A stretch of DNA of 64,000 bases from an uncultured delta proteobacterium (GTDB lineage: Bacteria; Desulfobacterota; Binatia; UBA9968). Of the stretch, positions 19,309 through 29,585 are shown in pieces. A model generated the notes under the pieces. It did not search any database. It saw nothing but the letters and a program-made list of their open reading frames with translations, and was not told the DNA's origin. The stretch spans positions 96,001 through 160,000 of the forward strand of contig CAVYTU010000014.1 in NCBI GenBank assembly GCA_963771465.1. The letters run 5' to 3'. The position numbers and the translations under genes are program-made. Each line of letters begins with the position of its first letter. Position 1 is the stretch's first letter.

Positions 19309-19868
19309 TCCTGCTCATCGATAATTACGATTCGTTCACTTATAACCTGTATCACTATCTCGGCGAACTGGGAGCCGATGTTAAAGTTTATCGCAACGAC
19401 AAAATAACGCTTGATGAAATCGCCGCATTGCGGCCGGAAAAAATCGTCATCTCACCGGGACCCTGCACGCCGAAAGAAGCCGGCATCTCCTGCGACACGA
19501 TCAAACGATTCGGCGCGGCCATGCCGATCCTCGGCGTTTGTTTGGGCCATCAGGCCATCGGCGCCGCCTACGGCGGGACCATTATCCGCGCGCCGTCGAT
19601 TATGCACGGCAAGCTATCCGACGTAAGCCATGACTCCAAGACCATTTTCCGGGACGTCAAGAATCCCTTCGCCGCCATGCGCTACCACTCGTTGGTGATC
19701 GATCCGAAAAGTTTGCCCGACGAGCTAACCGCCAGCGCGCGTACTGCCGACGGCGTCATTATGGCGGTGCGGCATAAAACCTTTCCGGTCGAAGGCGTGC
19801 AGTTCCATCCGGAATCGATTCTTGCGGAAGATGGCAAAAAGCTGCTGAAGAACTTTCTCGACCTGTAA
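19305..19868 (+). CDS. trpG: Anthranilate synthase component II (glutamine amidotransferase)
   Basis: IDNYDSFTYNL, SPGPC, GVCLGHQ, RYHSL, QFHPES; ATGA overlap with trpE. Confidence 0.94.
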   Translation: MILLIDNYDSFTYNLYHYLGELGADVKVYRNDKITLDEIAALRPEKIVISPGPCTPKEAGISCDTIKRFGAAMPILGVCLGHQAIGAAYGGTIIRAPSIMHGKLSDVSHDSKTIFRDVKNPFAAMRYHSLVIDPKSLPDELTASARTADGVIMAVRHKTFPVEGVQFHPESILAEDGKKLLKNFLDL

Positions 19869-19882
19869 TCAGCCCGTCATCC

Positions 19883-20302
19883 ATGAAGCTCCTCTGTTTC
19901 CAGGCCAAACGCTTCCGTTGGAAGACTCATTCAAAAACTCTGCCGCAAGCTGTCGATACCGAGATCGAAGTGGAAGTCCGGCAAACGGTTGTGATCTTCA
20001 TCCACTTGGAAGCCAGCGACGCCGAGGAAGTCCGCACAAGTTCGGTGCAACGTCAGGTCTTGAAGCACATCAAATGGCTCGCCAATAAGCGCGAGCTGAA
20101 AAACATCGTGCTCCACTCGTTTACCCATCTCGGCGGCGCCACTGCCGAGCCCGCCTTCGCGGAATCATTTATCACTACGCTGAGTCAACGCTTGAGCGAG
20201 ACCGGCTATAACGTATCGGCCACACCGTTCGGTTATTTCTGCGAATGGGATCTCGAAGTCTTCGGCGATAGTCTGGCAAAAGTTTGGAAAGAAATTCGCT
20301 GA
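19883..20302 (+). CDS. Stand-alone archaeal-type threonyl-tRNA synthetase editing domain protein
   Basis: MKLL start, VIFIHLE..D, IVLHSFTHL, TPFGYF..W.L.V.G.SLAK resemble the tRNA-Thr_ED family. Confidence 0.75.
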   Translation: MKLLCFQAKRFRWKTHSKTLPQAVDTEIEVEVRQTVVIFIHLEASDAEEVRTSSVQRQVLKHIKWLANKRELKNIVLHSFTHLGGATAEPAFAESFITTLSQRLSETGYNVSATPFGYFCEWDLEVFGDSLAKVWKEIR

Positions 20303-20419
20303 ATCCTAGTCCGTGACTCTGATCGCGGCCAGAAGACGAGTCTCCAAAGATCGCGAACGCCCCACATTTTTGGAAAGTATGTTATGATGCAAACGCGTCT
20401 ATGAGCTTGGAGGTCAGAA

Positions 20420-20971
20420 ATGTTTCGAGGTAAGCCTAAGATTGCCTATGGCCTATTGGTCGGAGTTATTTTCCTAAGCTTTTCGGCGTGCAAGGAAAAA
20501 GAAAAAGTCGACGGGATGAGGGCGCTTCCCGACTTAAACGAGCACGCCCGCGCTTACACGACCGTCGAAAGTACCAAGGTCCGCACGGGACCGGGGCCGC
20601 AATTTAAGGTGATCGCCGACATTCCCACTGACGCCAAGGTCACCGCGGTGGGCAGAGACGGCGACTGGTTGTTGATCGTTTCCAAAAAAGGCAATTCGCC
20701 CGGCTTTATCGAAATGGCGGCGGTGCAAGGCGGCGGCAGCGAAAGACGGGATGCGTCGCGAGTGGCGGCGGAGGGCAAGTACCAAACGATCAACGAGACA
20801 CAGGTGCGCAGCGGTCCAGGACTCCATTACCCGGTGGTCGCCGATCTTACCAAAGGCACCAAAATCACGGTTGTCGATAATGAAAACGGCTGGCTAAAAG
20901 TTGAGTCAAAACGGGGCAACAAGCCAGGCTACGTTGACGCGAGCTTCGCGCGACCAACGGAAGGGCCGTAA
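20420..20971 (+). CDS. Lipoprotein with two bacterial SH3 domains
   Basis: Lipobox FSAC; two VR(T/S)GPG...WL...G(F/Y) repeats. Confidence 0.85.
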   Translation: MFRGKPKIAYGLLVGVIFLSFSACKEKEKVDGMRALPDLNEHARAYTTVESTKVRTGPGPQFKVIADIPTDAKVTAVGRDGDWLLIVSKKGNSPGFIEMAAVQGGGSERRDASRVAAEGKYQTINETQVRSGPGLHYPVVADLTKGTKITVVDNENGWLKVESKRGNKPGYVDASFARPTEGP

Positions 20972-20995
20972 CCTCGTCTGCTGAATTCTCATAAA

Positions 20996-21964
20996 TCACA
21001 GCTTCAGCAAGCGCGCCGCCGTGCCACCCAAGATATCTTCTTTGCTCTGCGCGCCGAGCGGCAGCTGGCGAATGGTCTCGATATAATTGCGCAGTTCGGT
21101 CATGCCCTTCCCCGTGTCCGTATTTACGCCGGTGAAGTCCTGCGGATAATCGCTGGCGAAGACCAGCCGCTCCGGCTGTATGCCCTCAAGCGCGCAGTTG
21201 AGCGCGACGGTGCCGCCTTCGAATCCGGCCATGTCGAAAAAAACCATGTTGTAATATTCGCTGAAGGAGCGCTTGAGCGTGCCGAATCGATACCCCTTGC
21301 CCACCAAGCGGTCTTTCACCGCGGCGATGCCGCCGCCGAAGTGCGCCATGACTATTTTCAAGTTTGGATAGCGGTCGAAAATACCGCCGGCGATCAAGCG
21401 CGTGGTCGCAACGGTTAGATCGACTTCCCGCCCCAAAACTCGCGGCAAGTCATAATCTTTGAGATGTTCATAGCCGGTCGGTACCAGAGCGGGATGCACG
21501 AACACCGGCGCGTCCAACTCACACACGAGTTCGTAGAGATCGTAAAGTTTTGGCGAGTCGAGCGACAAGCCGCTCACCTGCGATGTTATCGTGACCCCGC
21601 GCAGGCCGAGATCGGTCAACGCCCGGCGCAATTCCGCCAGCGCCGGCTTGCCTTCCAACACCGGCGCCTGCGCCAAGCCGACGAAGCGGCGCGGATATTT
21701 TTTTTGGATCGCAGCAAGATCGTCGTTGATAAAGCGGCATTCGTCCAACGGCGCCGACCAACCGAGCAAACAGGACAGCACCGAGATATCGACGCCGGCT
21801 TGATCCATGTCTACGAGCTGTAAATCTAGGTCGTATAATCTTTGATGCATCGTCGTCGCCGGCAAGCCGCCTTCTTGCAGCAGGGTTCTACCCGTTTCGG
21901 AATAAAGTCCGCGCCGCTTGGCCAGTTCAACTGGAATATAGTGATGTTGAAAATCAACGACCAT
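20996..21964 (-). CDS. Amidohydrolase_2 family protein (ACMSD/decarboxylase-like)
   Basis: DFQHH, FVHP, AHFGG, FASDYP. Confidence 0.88.
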   Translation of the reverse strand: MVVDFQHHYIPVELAKRRGLYSETGRTLLQEGGLPATTMHQRLYDLDLQLVDMDQAGVDISVLSCLLGWSAPLDECRFINDDLAAIQKKYPRRFVGLAQAPVLEGKPALAELRRALTDLGLRGVTITSQVSGLSLDSPKLYDLYELVCELDAPVFVHPALVPTGYEHLKDYDLPRVLGREVDLTVATTRLIAGGIFDRYPNLKIVMAHFGGGIAAVKDRLVGKGYRFGTLKRSFSEYYNMVFFDMAGFEGGTVALNCALEGIQPERLVFASDYPQDFTGVNTDTGKGMTELRNYIETIRQLPLGAQSKEDILGGTAARLLKL

Positions 21965-21979
21965 TATTGCTCCATCCTT

Positions 21980-23440
21980 TTAGAAATTAGCTTTCATTGT
22001 CGAGCTGTGCCGGCTTTGCAGCGTCACAGCCACAGCTAGTAACCCGACCGGCACCAAGCACGCAAACGCGAACTGTTGAGCGCTGGCGAATACCGCGCCA
22101 TCCGTCCAAAGTCGTGAACCGCCGGCGCCTTCCATCAATGCGACCGTGATGGTAATGCCGATGGTTCCCGCGGCCGTCCCGAAAGAGCTGAGCATGGCGG
22201 CGAGTACGCCGTAATCTTCCGGGCGCGCGGAAGCGAAGGCAATTTTCTGATTGGCCGGCGTGAAAACCCCGATGCCGACGCCGATCAAGGCCAGCACCGC
22301 GCCGACAACGATGTAATGAGAAGCATGGCCAAGCGCCGCATAGCAAGCGATACCAGCCACCAGCAAGCCGATCCCCAAAGTGTTGATCATCCTAGCGTCG
22401 AAGCGATCAGCCAAACGTCCGCTAATCGGCGACGCCAGTGCGGTGGACAGCGGCAAGATCGCCAATAGTAATCCAGACGTGATGACTGACGCGCCCAGGA
22501 CGTTTTGCAAATAGAGCGGCGCGGCGAGCGCGATGGGATGATTGATCAGATGACTGAGCACGACGGTGAGAAGCGCAGCGGCAAGCAGGCGATCTTTAAA
22601 GATTGCGACATCGATCAGGGGTTTTGCGGCACGACGTTCAATCCAAACGAAACTCAGCAAACCGAGCGCCGCGACGGCGAATGCGCCGAGCACTGGCATC
22701 GATAGCCAGCCCTGACTGCCGCCGAAAGTCAGTCCGATGAGCAACGCGGGATAACCGACGAGGAGCGCCGCAGCGCCCCATATGTCGAAAATTTCCCGCT
22801 GGATCTCCTCGCCCGGACCATGAAATATTTTCAGCACAGCGAGCGTCACCACCGAGCCGACGGCGAAGTTCATCCAGAAGATCCACGGCCAGCCGCCCAA
22901 ATGAAGCAAGAAGCCGCCGACCGCTGGGCCGGTCATGCGGCCGATCGCGATCGCCGACGCAAAGAGGCCGAGCACACGACCGCGCCTTTCCGGCGCAAAA
23001 CTTGTAGCGAGAATTGCCGTTGACATCGGCAATGCCATCGCCAGCCCCAGCGCCATCACAGCGCGCGCACCCAGCAGTTGTAGGAACGAAGTCGAAATTC
23101 CGCCCAAACCGGCGCCGCCGGCATAAAAGGCCACGCCAACTTTGTAGAGCCGGCGCTGACCGAAATTGCCACCAAGCCTGCCGAAACAAAATGACAGACT
23201 GGAAATTGTCACTACGCCCATCAGCGTGATCCATTGGATCTCGGACAAACTGTTGGCGAATTGTTTTTGCATCGCCGGCAGCGCCACACCGATACTGCCG
23301 AAGCTGTTGAAAAATAAAAAAGCCGCGAGGCAGGTAACCGTGAGGATGGCTCGCTCTTCGGCGGGCGAGCACGCCGGCGCAACCGTAGTGGGGTGATCAT
23401 TAGACATCGGGCTGTTGTGATAGCGCTGCGGACTAGCCAT
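21980..23440 (-). CDS. MFS transporter (DHA2-like)
   Basis: About 14 hydrophobic segments, GRLGGNFGQRR, GPAVGG, GRLADRF; start may be MSNDH. Confidence 0.9.
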   Translation of the reverse strand: MASPQRYHNSPMSNDHPTTVAPACSPAEERAILTVTCLAAFLFFNSFGSIGVALPAMQKQFANSLSEIQWITLMGVVTISSLSFCFGRLGGNFGQRRLYKVGVAFYAGGAGLGGISTSFLQLLGARAVMALGLAMALPMSTAILATSFAPERRGRVLGLFASAIAIGRMTGPAVGGFLLHLGGWPWIFWMNFAVGSVVTLAVLKIFHGPGEEIQREIFDIWGAAALLVGYPALLIGLTFGGSQGWLSMPVLGAFAVAALGLLSFVWIERRAAKPLIDVAIFKDRLLAAALLTVVLSHLINHPIALAAPLYLQNVLGASVITSGLLLAILPLSTALASPISGRLADRFDARMINTLGIGLLVAGIACYAALGHASHYIVVGAVLALIGVGIGVFTPANQKIAFASARPEDYGVLAAMLSSFGTAAGTIGITITVALMEGAGGSRLWTDGAVFASAQQFAFACLVPVGLLAVAVTLQSRHSSTMKANF

Positions 23441-23649
23441 GTGAATAGCCGATGTTTACTGCGATCTCCAGCTCTTCTCTTTTTTCCCTCCGGATCGATC
23501 CCAACCCTGCCGCAACGGGCGGAAAAGCATTTTCGAACGGGTAGTTACAATTTTTACCTTTATTCACGATTTTGTTCGCTCCAAAGTTCTTGCACGGTCA
23601 GGAAATGGCCCTAAATCAGCGGTTTAGCCGTTCTTTTCGAATTTTGTGC

Positions 23650-23665
23650 TTGGCATAACTTTGGC
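23650..23665 (+). promoter_or_regulatory. Possible sigma54 promoter
   Basis: TTGGCATAACTTTGGC: GG-N10-GC spacing, -12 box imperfect. Confidence 0.3.
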
Positions 23666-23714
23666 GAAGTTGGATAATAAAACCGATCTTAACCAGCGTT
23701 AAGGAGCCCCTCAA

Positions 23715-25283
23715 ATGGAGAGTACATTTATTTGGATCGTCATATTTGCCGGCGCGGCGATCGCGTTGCTGGCCGTATTCTTGGTCGCGTCTGAACGGGA
23801 GCTTAAGAAAAAACGCCAGGAAGTCGACGAGCTTGGGGCCAAGTTGGGCGAGCAGCCGGCGGAAGTTGCCGCGCCGACCATGGCCATGGCGATGCCAGCA
23901 GTGGACAGCGAAAAGCTCGACGCATTGCAGGCGAAAACTCGGCAGCTTGAAAATGAGCTTGCGACAGCTATGAGTAAGTTGGAATTGAGCCGAAGAACCA
24001 TTGAGGAGTTACAAGACGATCAACGGCGCAGCGAAGCGACCCAGTCCAACGCCCAGTGGTTGCAGACTTCCAACGATCAGCTCAAATCCGAAATCGAAGA
24101 CTTGAAACAACGCGCGCTAACGAGCGAGGCCAGGATCAATGAATCCGCGCCGCATAATCAGGACGCCAGTGAAAGCCAACGACAGTTGGAGGCCCAAGTC
24201 GCGACCTTGCAACAACAGCTCACGGCAAATCAGTCAAAGCTCCGCGAATTCGACTCTATCGAACAGAAGCTGGCTAATGCCGAATCCATCGAAACCAGCC
24301 ATCGTGACGCGCGCCGAGGGCTGGAAACTCGGATCGCCGATTTGGAACAAGAGTTATCGTCACGCGCGGAAAAACTGCGTGAGTTGGACGCACTGCGGCA
24401 GCGGCTGGCCGAAGCCGAAAATAGCCAGCACACGCTGCGCGAGGAAAATCGGCGCTACAGCGACGAGATCGCTCGTTGGCAACAACGGGGTAACGAAGCG
24501 GAAGAGAGCCGACGGCGCCTCGCCGAATTGCGTGAGCCTTTCGACACGTTGCTCGCCAAGCAAGCAGCTTTGGAAGAGCGCCAGCGCGAATTCAAAGGCG
24601 AGCTATTGGCGTTCGCTCAAGTCATGTCCAATCCGACCGAACATTCGCGCCCGGCCGGCACCGATGATCAATCGAGAAGTGCAAACGCCGCGGTAGATAT
24701 CGCTCCACCGACAGCGGCAATGCTTGACGATTCCACTGTGGTCGTTGCGCCAACCCAGCTGGTTGCGGCCGAGACGATGGAGAAACCGAAACGGCGCTTC
24801 GGCATCTTTCCGATGGTGCTTATCGTCGCTGCGGGCGGGGCATTGATGGCAAACCTATGGAATTCACAAACCGTCGAAACGTCCACGCCGACGCTGACCG
24901 CCGTCCTGACGCCGGCGAGCGTGAAAAAAGATGTGGCGCCAAAAGTAGCCGTCGGCGAATCCGAACCCGACGCCACCAGCGCACCGGCACCGATTGCTGC
25001 GAAAGAACCAAGCAAAAGTCCAGCGAAAGAAACCAACGAGAAAGCCAAACCGGTACCAACCGCGAGCAATCAAACGCGCTTAACGGGGACCTATGAGATA
25101 ACTCAACTGAGCCGGGTTTATGCCGCGCCCAGTGAGAAATCGCAACTGGTCGGCGACATCGAGCCGGGCGTGAAAGTCAACGTGGTCAACGGCAAAGACG
25201 GCTGGCTGGAAATTCACTCCAAGTATGGCCGCCCGCCCGGCTTCATTCGCCGCGAGTCGGCGCGGGTTGCACCACAGAACTGA
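23715..25283 (+). CDS. Membrane-anchored coiled-coil protein with C-terminal SH3-like domain
   Basis: N-terminal TM, about 270 aa heptad region, second TM, Pro/Ala/Lys linker, GWLEIHSKYGRPPGFI similar to 20420-20971. Confidence 0.8.
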   Translation: MESTFIWIVIFAGAAIALLAVFLVASERELKKKRQEVDELGAKLGEQPAEVAAPTMAMAMPAVDSEKLDALQAKTRQLENELATAMSKLELSRRTIEELQDDQRRSEATQSNAQWLQTSNDQLKSEIEDLKQRALTSEARINESAPHNQDASESQRQLEAQVATLQQQLTANQSKLREFDSIEQKLANAESIETSHRDARRGLETRIADLEQELSSRAEKLRELDALRQRLAEAENSQHTLREENRRYSDEIARWQQRGNEAEESRRRLAELREPFDTLLAKQAALEERQREFKGELLAFAQVMSNPTEHSRPAGTDDQSRSANAAVDIAPPTAAMLDDSTVVVAPTQLVAAETMEKPKRRFGIFPMVLIVAAGGALMANLWNSQTVETSTPTLTAVLTPASVKKDVAPKVAVGESEPDATSAPAPIAAKEPSKSPAKETNEKAKPVPTASNQTRLTGTYEITQLSRVYAAPSEKSQLVGDIEPGVKVNVVNGKDGWLEIHSKYGRPPGFIRRESARVAPQN

Positions 25284-25452
25284 TCCGCTACTGCGTTCTC
25301 CGCGCAACGACGGCCAATCCTATTCCCGTTTCCCTCCCGTTCGTTCATCCCGGATTCCTTAGGAACTGACGCACAAATTGTCTCCGGCCCGCTAGACGCT
25401 GGCGCAATTGCCGTGCTATGACTCGGACATCCTAATTAAACAGGAGGTCAAC

Positions 25453-25833
25453 ATGGCAAGACGAAAATGCGTTCATGTCAAAGGCATGGAACATGGCGCG
25501 CCGATTCCCAATGGCGTGGTGATCGGCAACATGGTTTTCTCCTCAGCGATCGGCGGTAAAGATGCCAAAACCGGCGTACTGTCGGAAAATCCGGATGAAC
25601 AGGCTGAAGCTATGTTTCGTAACCTGGCGCTGTTCATGGAAAACGCCGGCGGCTCGGTCGACAACATCGCCCATGTGAAACTCTATCTGAAAGATGAAAA
25701 ATACCGCGACAACGTCAACGCCCCGTGGGAAAAAATGTTCCCCGACGAGCACGATCGCCCGGCACGCCATGCGCTCAAAGTCGACCTGCGCGGTAAGAAT
25801 CTGTTTCAAATCGAAATAATCGCAGTGCTGTAA
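25453..25833 (+). CDS. RidA/YjgF family protein
   Basis: AGGAGG RBS; W..MFPD...RPARH, QIEIIAV. Confidence 0.88.
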   Translation: MARRKCVHVKGMEHGAPIPNGVVIGNMVFSSAIGGKDAKTGVLSENPDEQAEAMFRNLALFMENAGGSVDNIAHVKLYLKDEKYRDNVNAPWEKMFPDEHDRPARHALKVDLRGKNLFQIEIIAVL

Positions 25834-25865
25834 TCAATTCATAAATTTCACCGAGGAGAAAACCT

Positions 25866-26252
25866 ATGCCCATAGAAATCATCGACATGGTCGATTTCGC
25901 TCACAAGGAAAAAAAGCGCAAAGAGATTTTCAACACGCCGCGCTTTCATGCCTGGATGCACTACTACCAACCGGGGCATAAAGACGAGCTGCACTGCCAT
26001 AACGCCGATCAAACGTTTTTCGTCATCGACGGCGAATGCACCATGCATTTCCCCGACGGCGGCAAAGCCGTGCTCACGCCAGGGATGGCCGCGACCATAA
26101 CCGGCGGCTCGTTCTATCAGCTGGAGAATGCCAGCGACAAACCGATGATTATGATGGGCAACCGCTCCGGCCCATCGGAGAACATTCAGATCATCGACTA
26201 TGTCACGCGCAAAGATATCCGCCAGAAAGTCCAAGCGAACGTCAACGTTTAG
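25866..26252 (+). CDS. Cupin domain protein
   Basis: LHCH.ADQTFFVIDGE, PG...ITGGSFY.LEN. Confidence 0.85.
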   Translation: MPIEIIDMVDFAHKEKKRKEIFNTPRFHAWMHYYQPGHKDELHCHNADQTFFVIDGECTMHFPDGGKAVLTPGMAATITGGSFYQLENASDKPMIMMGNRSGPSENIQIIDYVTRKDIRQKVQANVNV

Positions 26253-26343
26253 TAAAGATTGCGTCCCAGTCGTTTCAATCGTTCCGGCTGTTGCAATTGC
26301 ATCGAAGGCTGGAAACGATTGGAGCGGCTGGAACCCAAGGCTC

Positions 26344-27348
26344 TTACAGCCTATAAAGCTTCTTTGGATTTTCGCGGCCGATCTTCCGCTTCGACGCCGC
26401 GGGAATATCGTCACGATCCAAAAACTCTTGGACGGCTTTCTTCATGCTGACGATGCCTTCGTGGGGAAAGTCGGAAGCCCAGAACAGGCACTCATCACCG
26501 AGCAATTCTAAATCACGGCCGGTGGTCATCTCTTCGCCGCACTGAAAATAAATCTGGCCGCGCTCGATCAGCTTCGCCGGCGGCACGGCTTCGCCCATGC
26601 GGTTGCCCATTTTGCTCATCAGGTACGGCACCCAACCGCAGCCGGCTTCTAGAAAAGCAATTTTCAAATCCGGCAAGCGGCCGAGCAATCCAGAAAACAT
26701 GAAATTGGTGAACTGGCGCATCTGCGGCCAGACATGCGCCAAGGTCGCCGCCTCGCCGCGCCACATGAATAGATCGTTGTTGCGTAGAGAATTTTGCGAA
26801 TGCACGGCGAGCATACAGCCCAAACGATTTGCCTCTTCGTATACCGGATGAAACTCTGGATGTCCCAGCGGCCGCGGTAAGCCGTCAGCCGGCAACACCG
26901 CGCCGACCATGGCGTAATCCTTCACGACTCGGCGCAGCTCGACCACGGCCGCGGGTACATCCTGCAAAGGCAGAACCGCGACGCCTTTCAAGCGCGCATC
27001 ATGGCGCAGAAATTTATCGTGCAGATAATCGTTGTAGGCGCGACTTAAATCGACGGCGAATTCCGTCATGCCGACCTGGCCGATATGCATGAAGCGCGTC
27101 GGATAGACGACCGCCGCTTCGATATTGCCTTGATCGAGCGCCTGCTGCCAATCCGCCAGGGTGGGAATCAAGAATGAAGCGCCGATGCCGGCGCGACCCG
27201 CCTGGCGATGCCAGCCGTGATGCGGCAGTAGCGGAAAATAAAGCACCGCCTCGCGCCGCGCCTGATAGTAGTCCGGCAAGTACTCAAACACATCGCTCTC
27301 GACCTCGCGAATATGGCCGTCGGCGTCGATCATTTTCCAGTCTTGCAT
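26344..27348 (-). CDS. Amidohydrolase_2 family protein
   Basis: IDADGH, AVH, FLEAGCGW, WASDFPH. Confidence 0.88.
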   Translation of the reverse strand: MQDWKMIDADGHIREVESDVFEYLPDYYQARREAVLYFPLLPHHGWHRQAGRAGIGASFLIPTLADWQQALDQGNIEAAVVYPTRFMHIGQVGMTEFAVDLSRAYNDYLHDKFLRHDARLKGVAVLPLQDVPAAVVELRRVVKDYAMVGAVLPADGLPRPLGHPEFHPVYEEANRLGCMLAVHSQNSLRNNDLFMWRGEAATLAHVWPQMRQFTNFMFSGLLGRLPDLKIAFLEAGCGWVPYLMSKMGNRMGEAVPPAKLIERGQIYFQCGEEMTTGRDLELLGDECLFWASDFPHEGIVSMKKAVQEFLDRDDIPAASKRKIGRENPKKLYRL

Positions 27349-27375
27349 TACCAGCTCCTTTGCCGCGGCGAATCG

Positions 27376-27443
27376 GCAGGGCGCGATGAATCGCGCCTAC
27401 AAGTTCAATTTTCGATTCTGCGCTCTTTGCGTTCTTTGCGGCT
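27376..27443. repeat. REP-like palindrome and 9-mer iterations
   Basis: GGCGCGAT-gaATCGCGCCTAC (GTAG-type REP end) and TGCGCTCTT/TGCGTTCTT/TGCGGCT. Confidence 0.55.
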
Positions 27444-27455
27444 AATTATTCCGAT

Positions 27456-28211
27456 TCAGCCGTCGGCGATCATTTCGCCGAACTTGCCGCAAAACTCGCC
27501 GATGGATCCATTGTGGACAAAGTCCGCCGTGTCATCCAACGGGCCTTCTTCGCGATTGATAATGGCTAACAGCGCACCGTTGCGTTTGGCGACCACCGGG
27601 AAGGACGCTGCCGGCTGCACTTGCAGCGATGAACCCATGACGAGGAAAATTTCCGCTTGCTCGGTCCACTCCTGCGCCGTGCGCATGGCCTGCTCGGGCA
27701 TCGCCTGACCGAACGAAACCGTCGCCGATTTTAGGATACCGTCGCAGCTATCGCACTTGGGCGAAGAAAAATCGCCGACAAGTCGATTGATGATCAGCTC
27801 CGGTTCGAACTCTTTGCTGCAGTTCATACAAATGATCTTTCGGTTCGAGCCGTGCAGCTCAACGATCTGGTCATCCGGCAGCCCGGCCACGCTGTGCAGC
27901 CCGTCGACATTTTGCGTAATCAGCCCGATCAGTTTTTCCTTAACGCTGAGCGATTGGACGAAGTAATGGCCGACGTTGGGTTTGGCGCTTTTATATTGCT
28001 CCCAGCCATCGAGGCGGCGCTTCCAAGCTTCCATGCGCGCGGCTTCGCTGCTCATGTATTCTTGGAACGTTATCGGCCGATAACGCGTCCACAGACCACC
28101 GGGACTGCGAAAGTCTGGAATACCGGATTCGGTGCTAATACCGGCGCCGGTAAAAACCACGATCTGGTCGCTCTGACGAATTTTTACGGCAAATTCTTCA
28201 ATCTTGATCAT
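27456..28211 (-). CDS. cobB: NAD-dependent protein deacylase (sirtuin)
   Basis: FTGAGISTESGIPDFRS, ITQNVDGLH, ELHGS, two CxxC, GSSL.V.PAA; start MIKIEE. Confidence 0.93.
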   Translation of the reverse strand: MIKIEEFAVKIRQSDQIVVFTGAGISTESGIPDFRSPGGLWTRYRPITFQEYMSSEAARMEAWKRRLDGWEQYKSAKPNVGHYFVQSLSVKEKLIGLITQNVDGLHSVAGLPDDQIVELHGSNRKIICMNCSKEFEPELIINRLVGDFSSPKCDSCDGILKSATVSFGQAMPEQAMRTAQEWTEQAEIFLVMGSSLQVQPAASFPVVAKRNGALLAIINREEGPLDDTADFVHNGSIGEFCGKFGEMIADG

Positions 28212-28255
28212 GGCAAAACTTATAGAACAGCCAGAGTGGCGATGACAACTGAAAA

Positions 28256-29509
28256 TCAGCCCGCGCCGTTGCCGGCATCCGGTAATTTGAGGGACAGCGC
28301 AATAATGCCCCCGGCCGTGATCAAAATCCCGGTGATCATGAACCCTAAGGAAAAAAGCTTCGCGTCGCCCATCACACCGATAAAAGTCGGAATTGCGCCG
28401 CCGCCGATCAGATAGCCAAATGGAATCGTGAAACCGACCGCGAGATTGCGCGCCTGAGGCGGCGCAAGCACCGCCAAAGCGGCAAATCCCGCCGGGAAAA
28501 ACCACACCGCGAGCGCCGGTTGGATAATCACCGCGGCGTTCATCCAGCCGTCAGAGACTGTACCGAGCAGCAACGTTAAAATACCCGTAACGATCAAGCT
28601 CACGACCATCGTCCGCTTCGGTCCGAGCCGGTCCGAAACCCAACCACCAAGCACGCCGAATATCGGACCGTAGGAGCGCGAGAATGCTGTAACGGTGTTC
28701 GCCCAACTCGCATCCACATGGCGTTCGCTGACGAGGTAGAGCGGCAACATGGCGTAAATACCGACCGTGGAGCTCACGCCCATGCCGAAGAGAATCAGCA
28801 TGATCCAGAATGCCGGCGAGCGGACGAGCACGCCAAAGGCGTTCGATGCCGGTGATTCGCCGGCGAATCGGCCACCCCGACCGTAACGAAAGTAAGCAAT
28901 GGTGATAAGCGCCGAGAAAAACCCCAACACGGCCAGCGCCGCGCGCCAAGTCGAGTGACTAAGAAACAGTTCGGCGACAAACGGTCCGGTGAAAAACGCC
29001 AGATTGGGCGCCAGCTCGTGGATGGCGATCGCCTTGCCCCAGTGGCGCTGATCGACTAGCGCGGTAATCGTCGCGATCGCCGACGGCATGTAAAGTCCGG
29101 CGGCCAACCCTAACGCGTACAAGCCGGCGCGCATCGACCCAAGGCTGACCGAAGTCGACAGCAGCAAAAGCGCCGCTCCCACGCCGGCGCCGGAGATAAG
29201 AATGGTAAAGCGATGGGTCGTGCGCGATGACAGAAATCCCGAGCCGAGCAAACCGCTTAAATAGCCGGCGGAGATGAGAAAGAAAAAGAATCCCGCTTGG
29301 CCGTGGCTGATCGCCAATTCTTTTTCAATGGTCGGCAGGAGCGGAGAGAAAATAACCCGAGAAATAAAGTTGAGGAGAAAAATCAGCACGAGAAAGACCA
29401 GCGGAGCGATTTGCCGCCAAAACGAATCGGCCTGTGCACCGGTGGCTTGAACGATTTCCGGCGCGGCGCTTTTCTTCGTCGTCAGCTTTGAGGTATCTTC
29501 GCGTTGCAT
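28256..29509 (-). CDS. MFS transporter
   Basis: About 12 TM segments, GWVSDRLGPKR motif A. Confidence 0.9.
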   Translation of the reverse strand: MQREDTSKLTTKKSAAPEIVQATGAQADSFWRQIAPLVFLVLIFLLNFISRVIFSPLLPTIEKELAISHGQAGFFFFLISAGYLSGLLGSGFLSSRTTHRFTILISGAGVGAALLLLSTSVSLGSMRAGLYALGLAAGLYMPSAIATITALVDQRHWGKAIAIHELAPNLAFFTGPFVAELFLSHSTWRAALAVLGFFSALITIAYFRYGRGGRFAGESPASNAFGVLVRSPAFWIMLILFGMGVSSTVGIYAMLPLYLVSERHVDASWANTVTAFSRSYGPIFGVLGGWVSDRLGPKRTMVVSLIVTGILTLLLGTVSDGWMNAAVIIQPALAVWFFPAGFAALAVLAPPQARNLAVGFTIPFGYLIGGGAIPTFIGVMGDAKLFSLGFMITGILITAGGIIALSLKLPDAGNGAG

Positions 29510-29585
29510 AAATTATCGGCGACTCTCAATGTCTACAACGCTGTGATAAAAGAAGCCAATGCAGCGGCCACGCTCAGGAGGAATC

